Origin: Planctomycetota bacterium
GTDB lineage: Bacteria; Planctomycetota; SZUA-567; H5-PLA8
DNA: 64,000 bases
Assembly (NCBI GenBank): GCA_038227875.1
Contig: JBBRPR010000008.1
Span: forward strand, 32,001-96,000
Direction: 5' to 3'
Made by a program: the position numbers and the translations under genes. The notes under the pieces are model-generated. The model ran no database searches and was not told the origin of the DNA. It saw only the letters and a program-made list of their open reading frames with translations. Below are positions 1 to 10,673 of this stretch, piece after piece; position 1 is the first letter of the stretch; each line of letters starts with the position of its first letter.

Positions 1-1256
1 GGCCACGCGTCCGGACCCGGCATGCCGGTGCGGATGCATTGGAATTTGCTGTGGTAGCCGAGCAACAGGCGTTGGCCGGCGAGGACTGGCGTGGCGTAGC
101 CGGCTTCTTTCGTGGAGTAGGTCCAGATCAGCTTACCATCCTCGGCGTTGAGGCAGTAGGTGGACATCTGGTTGTAGATGCTGACGGCGTAGAGTCGCGT
201 GCCGCAGACGGAAATCTGCGCGTTGACCATGCCTAGGGCATTGAATACCCAGATTTTCTCGCCGGTATCAGAATTCAGGCAGGTCACGGCTCCGTCGTCG
301 CCGCCGTAGTAGACGCGACCAGCTGAGATGGCCGGCGGAGAACTGGTCCGGCCTTCGCCTTCGTACTCCCAGATTTTTGCGCCAGTTTTCAAATCGACAC
401 AGAAGACTTTCTTGTTGTTGCCGCAGGCGTACGCGCGTCCCTTTGCGATCGACGCTCCGGCGTACGCGGAATCTCCGATTTGAAATTCCCAAATGTGCTT
501 TCCCGTTTCCACGGACAGGCAATGCACTGACATATCCAATCCACCGACGAGCACGCAACCATCGGAAATGCTGGGTGCTGAGAGAATTGTTTTTGGCGCC
601 TGGTATTCCCAGATCTTCTTTCCGCTGGCAGCATCGAGACAGAAGAGCATGTCGTCGTTGACGAGAAATAATTTTCCGCCACTGACCATCGGCGGCGTGA
701 ACGTCTGGCTGTCTTCGCTGTGAAAGGTCCAGAGCTGCGCGCCGTTTTTGGCGTCGAGGCACAGCAGCGTGCCGTCGGGGCTGCCGTTCTTGCGCGTGCG
801 GATGATGTAGACGCGGCCGTCGGCGACGGCCGGCGAGTGGAACATCATGCCTTCGATCGGCGTCTTCCAGAGCACTTTTCCGCTCTCCAGTTCGAGGCAG
901 AAAAAGTTCATGTCCTTGTTGCCGACGTAGACGCGCCCGCCGTCGACAACGGGAAGTCCGAAAACGTAGCCGGCTTCGAAATCCCACGCGAGTCCACCGA
1001 CCGGCCACTTCGCGATCAGGGCCGTGAGGCGATGCTTAGCCTCCGGGTCTTCGGCCTTGTCGAGTGCCGCTTTCACCGGTGCGGCCACCACTTCTCCCAT
1101 TTTCAGGAGCAAGTTCGTGGCGGATTCGCGCTCGGCGAAGTCCTCGCTGCTGAGATCCGCGATGGCGGCTTTGACTACTTCCGCGTCGGGCACCTTTTCG
1201 GCGCTGCACACGCGGATGGCGAGAATGAGCATTGCGACGATCGCCATGGGCCGCAT
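1..1256 (-). CDS. PQQ-binding-like beta-propeller repeat protein (BamB-like), secreted; runs off the left edge
   Basis: Not in the ORF track because it has no stop in the window. Manual translation from ATG 1256 (GAGGT SD): MRPMAIVAMLILAIRVCSA signal, then repeated 'FCLELESGKVLW', 'CLDAKNGAQLW', 'CLDAASGKKIW', 'CVDLKTGAKIW' blades. Confidence 0.85.
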   Translation of the reverse strand, partial: MRPMAIVAMLILAIRVCSAEKVPDAEVVKAAIADLSSEDFAERESATNLLLKMGEVVAAPVKAALDKAEDPEAKHRLTALIAKWPVGGLAWDFEAGYVFGLPVVDGGRVYVGNKDMNFFCLELESGKVLWKTPIEGMMFHSPAVADGRVYIIRTRKNGSPDGTLLCLDAKNGAQLWTFHSEDSQTFTPPMVSGGKLFLVNDDMLFCLDAASGKKIWEYQAPKTILSAPSISDGCVLVGGLDMSVHCLSVETGKHIWEFQIGDSAYAGASIAKGRAYACGNNKKVFCVDLKTGAKIWEYEGEGRTSSPPAISAGRVYYGGDDGAVTCLNSDTGEKIWVFNALGMVNAQISVCGTRLYAVSIYNQMSTYCLNAEDGKLIWTYSTKEAGYATPVLAGQRLLLGYHSKFQCIRTGMPGPDAW

Positions 1257-1348
1257 CGCACCACCTCGTGGGACCTTCAGGCCAATTGGCCTGAAGGTTC
1301 ATTTGTACCCGGTGACCTTGTCGACCGTGGTCGACAAGGTCGGAGCCT

Positions 1349-1726
1349 CTAGTTCGCGCCGGGAGCTTTGACCGGATTGCCGCCCTTTGACCACCCGCCG
1401 AAGCCGCCAGCCATGCTCTTCACGTTCTTAAAGCCCAGCTTTTTGAGCTGCTGCGCCGCAAACAGGCTGCGCGTGCCGCCGCCACAGTAACAGACGATCG
1501 GCGCGTTTTCGTCCTGCGTGATTTTGAGGATCTGCATCTCGAGCATGCCGCGCGGAATTGGCGTCGCGCCGGGAATGATCCCGCGTTCGTGTTCGAGCGG
1601 TTCGCGCACATCGATGAGAATGTAGGGAAGCTGGCCCTTATCAAAATCTGCGCGGACATCGGTCGTGGACACTTCCGGAATGTCTTTGCGCGCATCGTCG
1701 GCCAGTTCTTGAATGGATCGGAGCAT
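1349..1726 (-). CDS. rhodanese-like domain protein (sulfurtransferase)
   Basis: LIDVREPLEHERGIIPGA and active-site loop CYCGGGTRS. Confidence 0.9.
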   Translation of the reverse strand: MLRSIQELADDARKDIPEVSTTDVRADFDKGQLPYILIDVREPLEHERGIIPGATPIPRGMLEMQILKITQDENAPIVCYCGGGTRSLFAAQQLKKLGFKNVKSMAGGFGGWSKGGNPVKAPGAN

Positions 1727-1747
1727 GAGTTAGGTCCCTTTCTGTGA

Positions 1748-1764
1748 TGCAGTATTGTACTGCA
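1748..1764. promoter_or_regulatory. inverted repeat TGCAGTA-N3-TACTGCA, candidate operator between divergent genes
   Basis: Perfect 7-bp arms 22 bp upstream of the rhodanese start. Confidence 0.35.
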
Positions 1765-1879
1765 ATCAGCGCGGTTTTCCAAAAGAGTCAGGGGCCAATC
1801 TCACCACGTCCCCTTTGACCCGCCGCTGAAACGCTATAAACTTTGTTCACAATTGTAATTCAACTTTCCGGAGAAAACG

Positions 1880-2344
1880 ATGAAATCGCATGAGGTCCTG
1901 AAGCAGGCGATTGCCGCCGGCAATATTAAAACCATGGCGAGCAAGATGGGTCTCTCGACGTCGCTGGTCTATAAGTGGTGTCAGGAACCACCGATCAACG
2001 AGGTTCCCGACCAGAGCGGCGCGAAGAATCCGCTCGACCGCGTCGTGGAGCTCTACCGACTCACCGGTGAGCCGTTTGTGATTTCGTGGGTGTGTGAGCA
2101 GGCCGGGGGATACTTCGTGGAAAACCCCAAGCGCGAACCGGTACCGCCCGGCGCGGCTGTCTTGATGAATACGCAGGCACTGATCAAGGAATTCTCGGAT
2201 CTGCTCGGCGAAGTGTCCAAGGCAGTCGAAGATGGTTCGGGGATTGATCCGCACGAGGCCGAAAAAATCCGCCGCGAGTGGGAGCAGCTCAAACGCAAGG
2301 CGGAATGTTTCGTGGTCGGTTGCGAGAACGGCACGTTCAAGTAG
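1880..2344 (+). CDS. phage regulatory CII-family-like HTH protein
   Basis: N-terminal HTH ([15 protein letters not shown]), NPLDR motif, C-terminal '[18 protein letters not shown]' typical of the P2 CII-like family. Confidence 0.7.
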   Translation: MKSHEVLKQAIAAGNIKTMASKMGLSTSLVYKWCQEPPINEVPDQSGAKNPLDRVVELYRLTGEPFVISWVCEQAGGYFVENPKREPVPPGAAVLMNTQALIKEFSDLLGEVSKAVEDGSGIDPHEAEKIRREWEQLKRKAECFVVGCENGTFK

Positions 2345-3404
2345 TCGGCGCGGGCCCGTCGTACTTCGCGATGTACTCTTCCGCCTGTTTCACCAGATCC
2401 TTGTTGCCGATGAACAGCGGCACGCGCTGATGCAGTGACGTGGGCTGGACGTCGAGGATGCCCTTGCGGCCGTCGCTGGCGTAGCCACCGGCCTGTTCGG
2501 CGATCATCGCCAGCGGCGCCGCTTCATACAAGAGCCGCAACTTGCCGTGAGGTTTCTTCGGATCCTTGCGGTCGCCGGGATAACAGAAAATTCCGCCCGC
2601 GAGCAGATTGCGGTGGAAATCGGCGACCAGCGAACCGATGTAGCGGCAGGAAAGATTGAGCGTTTCTTTCCCGGTGCTGACGGCGGGCAGATCTTCGCCG
2701 CCCTGCAGATACCGCATGAAGCGCAGCACTCCAGGGCTCCAGAACCGTTCGTTGCCGGTGTTCACGGAATAGTACTGGGCCTTGTTCGGAATTTTAATGT
2801 TGGGGTGCGAGAGAATGAATTCGCCCCAGCGGTGGTTGAGCGTGAAGCCGTGCACGCCAAAGCCGGTCGTGTACACCATCATCGTGCTGGAGCCGTAAAT
2901 CACGTAACCGGCGGCGACGAGTTTGCGGCCCGGCTGCAGGCAGTCGGCGAGCGTGCCCGGTCCGTGTGTGGAGGTGCGCTGGTAGATGGCGAAAATTGTG
3001 CCGACGCTGACGTTGTAATCGATGTTCGATGAGCCATCGAGCGGGTCGTAGAGCAGCACGTATTTTCCAGTCGGGTATTTATCAGGAATGGGAATGATGT
3101 CAGCGCTTTCCTCGGAAGCCATGCACGCCAGACGGCCGGTGTGATCGTTGAGGCGGAAGATCGTGCTGTCGGCGAATTTGTCCATCTTCATCACCTGCTC
3201 GCCCTGCACATTCTCTTCGCCGGCGCGGCCGAGCGTGTCGGTGAGTCCGGCCTGGATGACGTTGCTAGCAATGATTTTTCCGCAAAGTGCGATGTCATAG
3301 AGAATGTTGATGAGGTGGCCGCTGGTGTCGCCGAGCTTGTACTGCTGTTCGAGAATGTGGCGTTCGATGGTGATGATCTGACCGGAATTCGCGCCGTCTG
3401 GCAT
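2337..3404 (-). CDS. fbp: fructose-1,6-bisphosphatase class 1
   Basis: [52 protein letters not shown]; start taken at ATG 3404. Confidence 0.97.
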   Translation of the reverse strand: MPDGANSGQIITIERHILEQQYKLGDTSGHLINILYDIALCGKIIASNVIQAGLTDTLGRAGEENVQGEQVMKMDKFADSTIFRLNDHTGRLACMASEESADIIPIPDKYPTGKYVLLYDPLDGSSNIDYNVSVGTIFAIYQRTSTHGPGTLADCLQPGRKLVAAGYVIYGSSTMMVYTTGFGVHGFTLNHRWGEFILSHPNIKIPNKAQYYSVNTGNERFWSPGVLRFMRYLQGGEDLPAVSTGKETLNLSCRYIGSLVADFHRNLLAGGIFCYPGDRKDPKKPHGKLRLLYEAAPLAMIAEQAGGYASDGRKGILDVQPTSLHQRVPLFIGNKDLVKQAEEYIAKYDGPAPTT

Positions 3405-3494
3405 GTTAGTCCCCCGCATCGAGTGCCGATGCACTGGTCATACAAAAGCGCGCGGGATATGCAAATGCGCGCGCAGCGCGCGCCGACGCGCGAG

Positions 3495-3520
3495 GGGTCA
3501 GGGGTCAGGGCCAGGGGTCA
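3495..3520. repeat. heptamer short tandem repeat (GGGTCAG/GGGCCAG)
   Basis: gggtcaggggtcagggccaggggtca; the same family recurs at 44781, 44953 and 59945. Confidence 0.7.
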
Positions 3521-3585
3521 GAGATCGGGGCGAGTACGAGCAGGTCATTTGTCTCCACGCGGTTGAGTTAGAAAAAGAAGAAGAA

Positions 3586-5397
3586 CTACTCGATCTCGCG
3601 GTAAGCGACGTTGTTCAGCGCGGTGCCAGTTGCGTGAATGGCGTCGAGGTTCAGTGCGCCGCGCCGCGTGATTATTGTGCGGCCGAAGCTGAATGCGGCA
3701 TCGATGACCGTTCCCGTGGGCAGGCGTTTGACGATCAGCTCGACGGAGAAGTGGCGGTCGATGCCTTCTACGTTTGTGATCGCGAAGTCTTCGGCGTCGG
3801 CGGCGAGTCCGCGGCTTTCGGGAGCGGGATTGCCGTTTATGGAAACGCCCCATTGAATGCGGCGCTGCGCAGGTTCGAAGCGGAGTTCCAGCGCCTTCGC
3901 CGCGTCACCGAGGCGGATCGCGAATGACTCGCGGGTCTCGCTGGGTTTCACATCGAACTTCAGGTGGAACGACGTCGCCGCGGGAAGCGCGCGCGTCGAG
4001 GCTGGCGGCAGCGACTCGGCGAGTACACGCCATTCGCCGCCCGCGGGAATGAGTTCGGGAAGCCAGCGGATCTCCAGGTTGCCGTCGGCACGCTGTTGCA
4101 ATTCGCGGACGACCAGCACGCCGCCCCAACCGGCACCGTCGTAACAGCCGACCCAACCGGCGAGGATCAGGCGGCCCTTGAACGTGGCAGCCATGGGAAC
4201 CATCAGGCCATCGTAAATGTCCCACGCCGGAGTCGTCACGGGCGACGACGCTGCGGGATGCTTCCAGAACGGCCCGGCGCTCGACCGCGACATGAAGAAG
4301 CCCGTGCGGCCCATCAAAATGTAGTGCCACGAACCGAACTGGAAGTAGCACGGGCATTCGTTGCTCATGCCACTCTGTTCCGCCAGGAAATGAGCTTCGG
4401 CCAGCGTCCACGTTTTGAGATCCGCAGACGTGTATCTTTTCTGGCCGGAGATGACATTCCAAGTGTCCGTCTTGTAAACGCCGGGCTGCACGATCTCCAT
4501 GCAATGATTCTGATGCTTGGTGAAATGTTCGCCGTCGTCGCTGGTCGCCATCCACATGCCGCGGCGGCTGCGCGCGCTCAGGTAGCGTTCGCCGTGCTGC
4601 TCGTAGAACAGGACCATCCGTTCTCCGTCAGAGACGCAGGTGCCGGTACCGATCGCCTCCCACGGTTCGTCAATGGGAATCGCGGGAGGATGCTGCTTCC
4701 ACGTGCGCAGGTCGGCGGAACTCAAGTGATAAAACTGATGCGCGCCCGCCATCCATTTGCTGCCATGCTTGCGCCGGTCGTGGAGGTAGAACAAATGCAG
4801 CTCGCCCTTGTGAACGCAGAGCATCACGTCGCCGGCGGTCGTGTTGTGTCCGCGCGGACGCCAATACTGGGGAAGCTGGTCCTCCTTGCCGAGCAGTGCC
4901 GTGGCGCGCTTCTCGTCCGGTGCCGGAATCTTCGCGAAGAGCTCCGCATCGGAGAGATCGCAATTGAACACCTCCGCGCGTTTGACAAGGTCGGAGCGCA
5001 CCACGACCGGTTCACCGCGCAATGGCGTGAATGGCCACTCTTCGTCGACGAGGATGCCATCCACGAACAGTTCCACGCGGCCCGGCCGCCGACGCACCGC
5101 GACCGAAAGTTCGCGCCCGAATTCCACTGAGGTCAACGGGCAGGTCAGCGAAAAGATCCCGAACTCCATATTCAGCGGCACTCCCCAGCCGGGACGTGAT
5201 CGGCGCTCAGTGATGTCGCCGGTCGGGATCTGGACTTTGATCGTGCAGCGTAGCGTGGCGCGGGTCTCGTTCACGAGGAAGTCGAGGCGGCAGTCGCCGA
5301 GGAGAATTTCATGTTCGCCCTGTCGTGAGGGCACGCGCACGTTCAACACCCAGGTCGCGCGATCGTCGCCGGAGTGTGTTTCACCGATGTTTTTCAT
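3586..5397 (-). CDS. glycoside hydrolase, GH32-like five-bladed beta-propeller
   Basis: GDVM..HKGELHLFYLHD, HLSSADLRTW, IGTGTCV, SNECP, C-terminal beta-sandwich. Confidence 0.7.
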   Translation of the reverse strand: MKNIGETHSGDDRATWVLNVRVPSRQGEHEILLGDCRLDFLVNETRATLRCTIKVQIPTGDITERRSRPGWGVPLNMEFGIFSLTCPLTSVEFGRELSVAVRRRPGRVELFVDGILVDEEWPFTPLRGEPVVVRSDLVKRAEVFNCDLSDAELFAKIPAPDEKRATALLGKEDQLPQYWRPRGHNTTAGDVMLCVHKGELHLFYLHDRRKHGSKWMAGAHQFYHLSSADLRTWKQHPPAIPIDEPWEAIGTGTCVSDGERMVLFYEQHGERYLSARSRRGMWMATSDDGEHFTKHQNHCMEIVQPGVYKTDTWNVISGQKRYTSADLKTWTLAEAHFLAEQSGMSNECPCYFQFGSWHYILMGRTGFFMSRSSAGPFWKHPAASSPVTTPAWDIYDGLMVPMAATFKGRLILAGWVGCYDGAGWGGVLVVRELQQRADGNLEIRWLPELIPAGGEWRVLAESLPPASTRALPAATSFHLKFDVKPSETRESFAIRLGDAAKALELRFEPAQRRIQWGVSINGNPAPESRGLAADAEDFAITNVEGIDRHFSVELIVKRLPTGTVIDAAFSFGRTIITRRGALNLDAIHATGTALNNVAYREIE

Positions 5398-5400
5398 GAT

Positions 5401-6261
5401 CTATTTTTCCCACGGTCCGTTGCGGCGCAAGGCCGTCGGACTCAGCCCAATGGATTGCCGGATGAATTTGGAAAACGAAAACTGGTCGGCAAAGCCGAAG
5501 TCTTCCGCGATGACGCTGAGCGGATCGTTACTGATCAGGAGTTGTTCGATGGCGCGCGCCGCCAGTTGCTGCCGGTGCCACGTGCGCGGATTTACGCCAA
5601 ACTGTTCGCGAAACCGCCGCGAGAAATGTTCGCGTGAGCTGCCCGCGCGCGTGGCAAGCCTCGCGACATCCGCGCCGCCGGCCGGCGCGTGCGCGAGGTG
5701 TTCGAGCGTGCTCTTCCACTGGCGCGCCACCTGCAATTGAGACGATACGTCGGTCCAGCGGATGTTGACGAGCCGCCCGAGGTGCCAGCGCAGCAGCGCT
5801 TCGCTACGCAACCAGTCTTCCGGTTGCTCCATTTTCAGCGCCGACCACGCATCCAGGGAATCTCGCCTGGCGATGCGGCAGGATTTCAACTGCGCCGACG
5901 CGCCCAGCACGTCATGGCCCGGCGCAGCCTCGAGGCGAAAATGAAAACCGATCAGGCGCAGTCCGCTCTCGAATTCGAACTGATACAGCCGGCGCGCCGG
6001 GAGGAACAGGACTGTTCCTGGTTGGAGTGGCAGCGTGGTGCGGCTGGCGACATCCACGACACGACCGCCGCGCGCGGGCGAACCGTGCGGCACAATGAAG
6101 AGGCGGTGGTAGTCGATGCGATTGCGATTGAGCAGACGTGAAAAAATGTCGCGCCGTGCGTGCGGGCAGATCAGGCGCAGGACGCTGCGGCTCCAATTCC
6201 AGAGGTCGCCGGATTGTGCGGGTGGGATGCCGTCGCTGGCCTGGCGGGTTTCGGTGCTCAC
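5401..6261 (-). CDS. AraC family transcriptional regulator
   Basis: C-terminal HFSRRFREQFGVNP...IAEDFGFADQFSFSKFIRQSIGLSP. Confidence 0.9.
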   Translation of the reverse strand: MSTETRQASDGIPPAQSGDLWNWSRSVLRLICPHARRDIFSRLLNRNRIDYHRLFIVPHGSPARGGRVVDVASRTTLPLQPGTVLFLPARRLYQFEFESGLRLIGFHFRLEAAPGHDVLGASAQLKSCRIARRDSLDAWSALKMEQPEDWLRSEALLRWHLGRLVNIRWTDVSSQLQVARQWKSTLEHLAHAPAGGADVARLATRAGSSREHFSRRFREQFGVNPRTWHRQQLAARAIEQLLISNDPLSVIAEDFGFADQFSFSKFIRQSIGLSPTALRRNGPWEK

Positions 6262-7115
6262 GCGCCGATTCCTGAAACGTCGCGCGCCAATTCAACCGCG
6301 CCCAGCAGGGCCGTGTCGTAGCCCAGGGCACTGATCACGACTCGCGGTTTCGGGACCAAGGGTGTGCCCTCTTCAACGACACGTCGCGCGGGTGCGACAA
6401 ATTTCTCGCCGGCTCCAGTGACCACGCCGCCGCCGAGCGCGACGACTTCCGGCGCCAGCAGCGTTGTGGCATTGCGCAGGGCGATTCCGAGCAACCGGCC
6501 CGCATCGGCCCACACCGCGTCGTCCAATTCAGCTGCCGGCCGGCCGAAGCGCTTCTGGAGCGAGGTCCCCGAGACCAGCGCCTCCAGGCAATCGTACGAT
6601 CCGCATGCGCAAGGTACGCGCTCCGGCAAGCCGGAGGGCACCGATTGGTGGCCGAATTCTGGATGGCAGCCGTTCACGCCGTGAAAGATCTGCCCGTCGG
6701 TGATGAATCCGCCGCCGATTCCCGTGCTGACGGTAACGTAAAGCAGGCGGTGCACGCCATGCGCTCCACGCCGGAACTCCGCGAGCGCCGCGGCGTCGGT
6801 GTCGACGGCGATGCGGCTGGGCGCGCCGGTCCACGATTGAAGGTGCGCGACGATCGGAACATTGCGCCATTCCGCCTGGTGGAGCGGACTGGCGACACCG
6901 GTCTCCGCGTTCAGCGGTCCGCCGAGCGTGGCGCCGACGCCGACGATCCGGTCGGGGCCTTTTAGCTCAGCGATAGTGGAGCGAAGATACGCAAGCCCAT
7001 CGGCAAGAGATCGCGGCGTTGGCGCGCCGGTGCGGCGTAGGATCTCGCCGGAGGTGGTGGCTGCGGCCACCTGGATTTTCGTACCGCCGATGTCGCATGC
7101 GATCAGGATGCCCAT
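6258..7115 (-). CDS. ROK family sugar kinase
   Basis: DIGGTK, AAALAE, TGIGGG, EFGH, CACGSYDCLEAL; start at ATG 7115; overlaps the araC start by 4 bp. Confidence 0.93.
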   Translation of the reverse strand: MGILIACDIGGTKIQVAAATTSGEILRRTGAPTPRSLADGLAYLRSTIAELKGPDRIVGVGATLGGPLNAETGVASPLHQAEWRNVPIVAHLQSWTGAPSRIAVDTDAAALAEFRRGAHGVHRLLYVTVSTGIGGGFITDGQIFHGVNGCHPEFGHQSVPSGLPERVPCACGSYDCLEALVSGTSLQKRFGRPAAELDDAVWADAGRLLGIALRNATTLLAPEVVALGGGVVTGAGEKFVAPARRVVEEGTPLVPKPRVVISALGYDTALLGAVELARDVSGIGA

Positions 7116-7674
7116 GTCTGAAACATAGCATGGGGCGGATCCAAATACCATGGCTACATCGGATGTTGAGATGTCCGAATGTGATCTATGTTGAACGGAC
7201 CTAAGCAGAGCCCATCCTACTTTCCAAGCTAAAACTGCCGTGATGGATCTGTTGGAATACAAGACCCAATTTGCGTTGAAGCGGGACGAGTGTCGGCAGA
7301 TCGTACTCGCGAGCAGACTCAAAGTGACGTATATGAAGAAAATCGCCAGGGAATTCGTCCGAATCGTTCAGTCGTAAGGTTCCGCCAAACGATTGAATCG
7401 TCACACCGGTTGCTTCATCTGTTCGCCACTTTTCAAGATTTTTAAAAACTGTCAAAAATGAGAAAGACGATAAAGACGATGTTTGCTATAGTCTTTGCGT
7501 CAAATTAACTTCGGAAGGGCAGGTTCTCCGTGCTGCAGATCGGATGCCTGCTGTTTTGAATAAATGTGCTCGGAAGCCGTCTGACTCGCAGTTAATTATT
7601 TGGTTGACGAATGGGGACAACCAAATTAAATGCTCGGTGTGCGTTTTTGATGTCATCTCTTTTTGGAGGGGTCG

Positions 7675-8154
7675 ATGAAAAAGACTGTAATGATGGCGTG
7701 TATGCTGTTGAGTTTGGTTGCGGCTCGGGCGACGTTTGCTGCGACCGTGATGCTCGAAGATGCCAAGCTGGAGATTCCGGTTCCCGAAGGCTGGACTTCC
7801 GAAAAGGAAGCGGCCGTCGCGGTGCTCACCGCGCCCGACAAGGCCATGGCGATTGTGCTCGTCTCGCTGCCGGCTGAAAAGGCGGACAAGGCCTTTGAAG
7901 CGCTCGAAGACAAGCTCGACAAGGCCGTCGGCAAGGTGAAGTGGGACAAGAAGGGTACGAAGGACAAGCTCGCCGGCGTCGACGTTGAAATCTGGAACGG
8001 CACTGCCAAGGACGGCTCGCTCCAGGTCGAAGCGATCTACATGGATATCGGCGAAAAGACCGTCGGCATCTACTGGTTCGATTCTCCGGAATCGGAAAAG
8101 AAGTACGCCAAGGATATCGACACCATCTGCAAGGGAATGGCGATCAAGAAGTAA
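7675..8154 (+). CDS. secreted hypothetical protein
   Basis: GGAGG SD, signal peptide MKKTVMMACMLLSLVAARATFA, strong codon bias, followed by a terminator. Confidence 0.8.
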   Translation: MKKTVMMACMLLSLVAARATFAATVMLEDAKLEIPVPEGWTSEKEAAVAVLTAPDKAMAIVLVSLPAEKADKAFEALEDKLDKAVGKVKWDKKGTKDKLAGVDVEIWNGTAKDGSLQVEAIYMDIGEKTVGIYWFDSPESEKKYAKDIDTICKGMAIKK

Positions 8155-8177
8155 GTTCGGTTCGTCGTGAATGGTTG

Positions 8178-8214
8178 GCGGCCCCAGGTGAAAAGCCTGG
8201 GGCCGCTTTTTTTT
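8178..8214 (+). terminator. rho-independent terminator
   Basis: gcggccccagg-loop-cctggggccgc followed by a T-tract. Confidence 0.9.
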
Positions 8215-8246
8215 ATCTCACGCAAAGCCGCTAAGACGCAAAGAAC
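8215..8246 (+). repeat. 32-bp dispersed REP-like repeat ATCTCACGCAAAGCCGCTAAGACGCAAAGAAC
   Basis: Exact reverse complement of 38479-38510; near-identical to 38359-38390. Confidence 0.85.
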
Positions 8247-8349
8247 GGCGGGATTCGGGGTGACGTGATTCGGGATTCGATGCGAGTTCGAGTGGGCGAA
8301 GCGCGATTCTTAATCCCGATTTCCCAATGTGCGTGTCCGCTGTAGTCGG

Positions 8350-10622
8350 TCATTTTCCGGATTTAATTTGTCTTCGGATATTTTCCAGGTGCTGCCGCGC
8401 TTCGGTGTCGTTGGGGTTGAGCTCCAAGGCTCGAACGTAGTGTTGGGCGGCTTCGGCGTGTTGGTTGGTCTTCTCGAAGACGAGGCCCAGACCCCGGTGG
8501 AGCGACGCATCGTTGGGGATGGCGCGGAGCGCGGTGTCGTAGGTGTCGATGGCATCGGCGGGGCGGCCGGCTTCGAGTTGCGCGTTGGCCAGCGCGCGAT
8601 AGGCGGTTGGGAATCTAGGATTCACGCGGAGGATTTGCGTCAGGGCAAGACGGTAACTTTTGACGGCGTCTTCGGGCTGGTGCTGGGCGAGATAGATGTC
8701 GCCCATCATCGCGTGGGCGGCGGGATAATCGGGTTGAATCGCGACGGCGTTGCGTAAATGCGTCAGCGCGACATCCAGATGCTGCAGGCTGAAATGCGCG
8801 GCGGCAGAATTGACTTCGGCCACCGCGAGCTTGGGATTGAGCTTCAGCGCCTGTTCGAAATAGTCGAGCGCGGCGGCGGGCTTGTTCTGGTCAAGCATGA
8901 CCTGACCCATGTTGCTGTAGGCTTCGGCAAAATTCGGCGCGAGCTTCGTGGCGGCCTCGAAATGCGCCATGGCTTCGTCGAAGCGCTTCAACTTGCAGAG
9001 GCTGATGCCCAGCTGCGATTCGACGGTGGCGTCGGGCGCGAGCTGCAGCGCGGCATTGAATTCGGTGACGGAGTCTTCGATGCGGTCGATGGCGAAGAGC
9101 GCGTTCCCCAGCGCTGCATGGGTGCGCGCGACGGTCGCGTTCTTCTGGTTGGCCTGCGTCAGCGCGTCGACGGCTTCGGCGAAGTGGCCGAGATCGTGGA
9201 GTGTGATGCCGAGGTTGGTGAGAAAATCGGGGCGGGGGAGCAAGCGCACGGCGGTGCGGAATTCCTGGACGGCTTCTTCTTTCCGTCCGACTTCCACCAG
9301 GGCGAAGCCAAGATTGTTGTGGCCGCGCGCATGATCGGGCGCGCCTGGACGATTTTTTGCCAGACGTGGAGCACTGAATCGTAATCCTGATTCCGCACGA
9401 ACGTCCGGAGGCTCAAGGCCATGGCGAGCAGGGCGATGAGGCCTAACGCCAGCCGCCGCGCATGGGCCGGAACGACGCGGCGCGCGAGTTCGGTGAACAG
9501 CAGGACGATTGCGGTGATCACGGCAACGAGCGCCAGGTACATGCGGTATTCGACGGCCAGATCTTTTAGCGGCACGAGACTTGAGCTCGGCGCGAGCGTG
9601 ATGAAAAACCACGCGCCTAGCAGCGCGAACGGAGCGCGTTTGATCACGCCGTACACCGTCGCCAAGGCAAACGTTCCAACTATTGCGCAGGCCGGGGCGA
9701 GGTCGCTGGCGGATGCGGCGGGCCAGCCGTAATCGAAGCAGAGCGCATCGGGCCACACGGCCAGCCTCAGATAATGGAGGATCACCGCGGACGGGTTGAG
9801 CAGGTACTCCCACGACGTCATGGGATTTTCATTAATGTTGGCGGACTTTGCGACGCCGCCAAATTTCAGCAACAGACCCAGCACGATCCAGCTGGCAAAC
9901 AAGCCTGCGTAGAATAGTTTCGACTTGCGCAGCGCAGATCCGAAGGATCCGGCGACGAATTGGCGGTCGATCAGTAGTACGAGAATGGGCGCGCCAACCA
10001 TGACTTCTTTGCAACTCATGCCGAGCGTGCAGGCGAGCACGGATCCAGTCAGCAACAGGCGCCGTCGCGACGCGTAAAGGCCGCGGAGCGCCAGGTAGAG
10101 CGTCAGAAAGAAGAAAAAGCCCATCATCGATTCGCAGCGCTGGGTCACGTACGTCACGGCTTGGGTATTGAGCGGGTGGACGGCCCATAGCAACGCGATG
10201 CCTGAAGCGAGTAGCGCAGCGAGTTCGGCGAAGCGTTCGTGCAGGAGGCGGCGGAGAATTCCAAACACGAGGAGTGCGGAGCCGACGTGAAGGGCGAGGT
10301 TGACGACGTGGTAGCTCCATGGATTCAGTTCGCTGACGGCGTAGTTAAGCGCCAGTGAGAATGCGACGAGCGGTCGGCCGGTGAGCGAGGTGAAGTCGGG
10401 GGCGCTCAGCACGTATTGCAGCGGCCAGAGTGCGCGGACGTGCGGGTTGAAGACGATGGCGGTGCTGTCGTCGTAGACGAACGGCACGCGCAGCGAGTTG
10501 GCGTACGCGATGACGGTGGCGATGGCGATCAGCGGCGCGCTGATCAGCGCGTTGCCGGGGAGTTTGAAGCGTATCGGATCAGATTCAGCCAACTTAATTT
10601 GCCTCATTAGCAAGATCCGCAT
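8350..10622 (-). pseudogene. TMTC-like (GT-C membrane domain + TPR repeats) protein, split by a -1 frameshift near 9337 (true pseudogene or sequence error)
   Basis: N-part YDD...RPL..S.A.NY..YHVVNLALH..HPLNTQAV.Y..QR.E; C-part HNNLG..TPR array in another frame; junction WQKIVQARP / DHARGHNNLG. Confidence 0.85.
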
Positions 10623-10673
10623 CGTATCAGCACGGTAGACTTTTGCGAATCTTGGGCTTAATGTTGAGGCTCA

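Noticed and set aside
268..1008. 246-aa ORF and other listed ORFs over 1-1350
   Set aside because: Off-frame or antisense shadows; the real gene is the unlisted open frame from 1256 to the window edge
1880..2344. Possible prophage around the CII-like gene
   Set aside because: No integrase, structural or replication genes in the flanks
7116..7322. 69-aa N-terminal extension of the ROK ORF
   Set aside because: Non-coding-like composition; ROK motif DIGGTK begins right after ATG 7115
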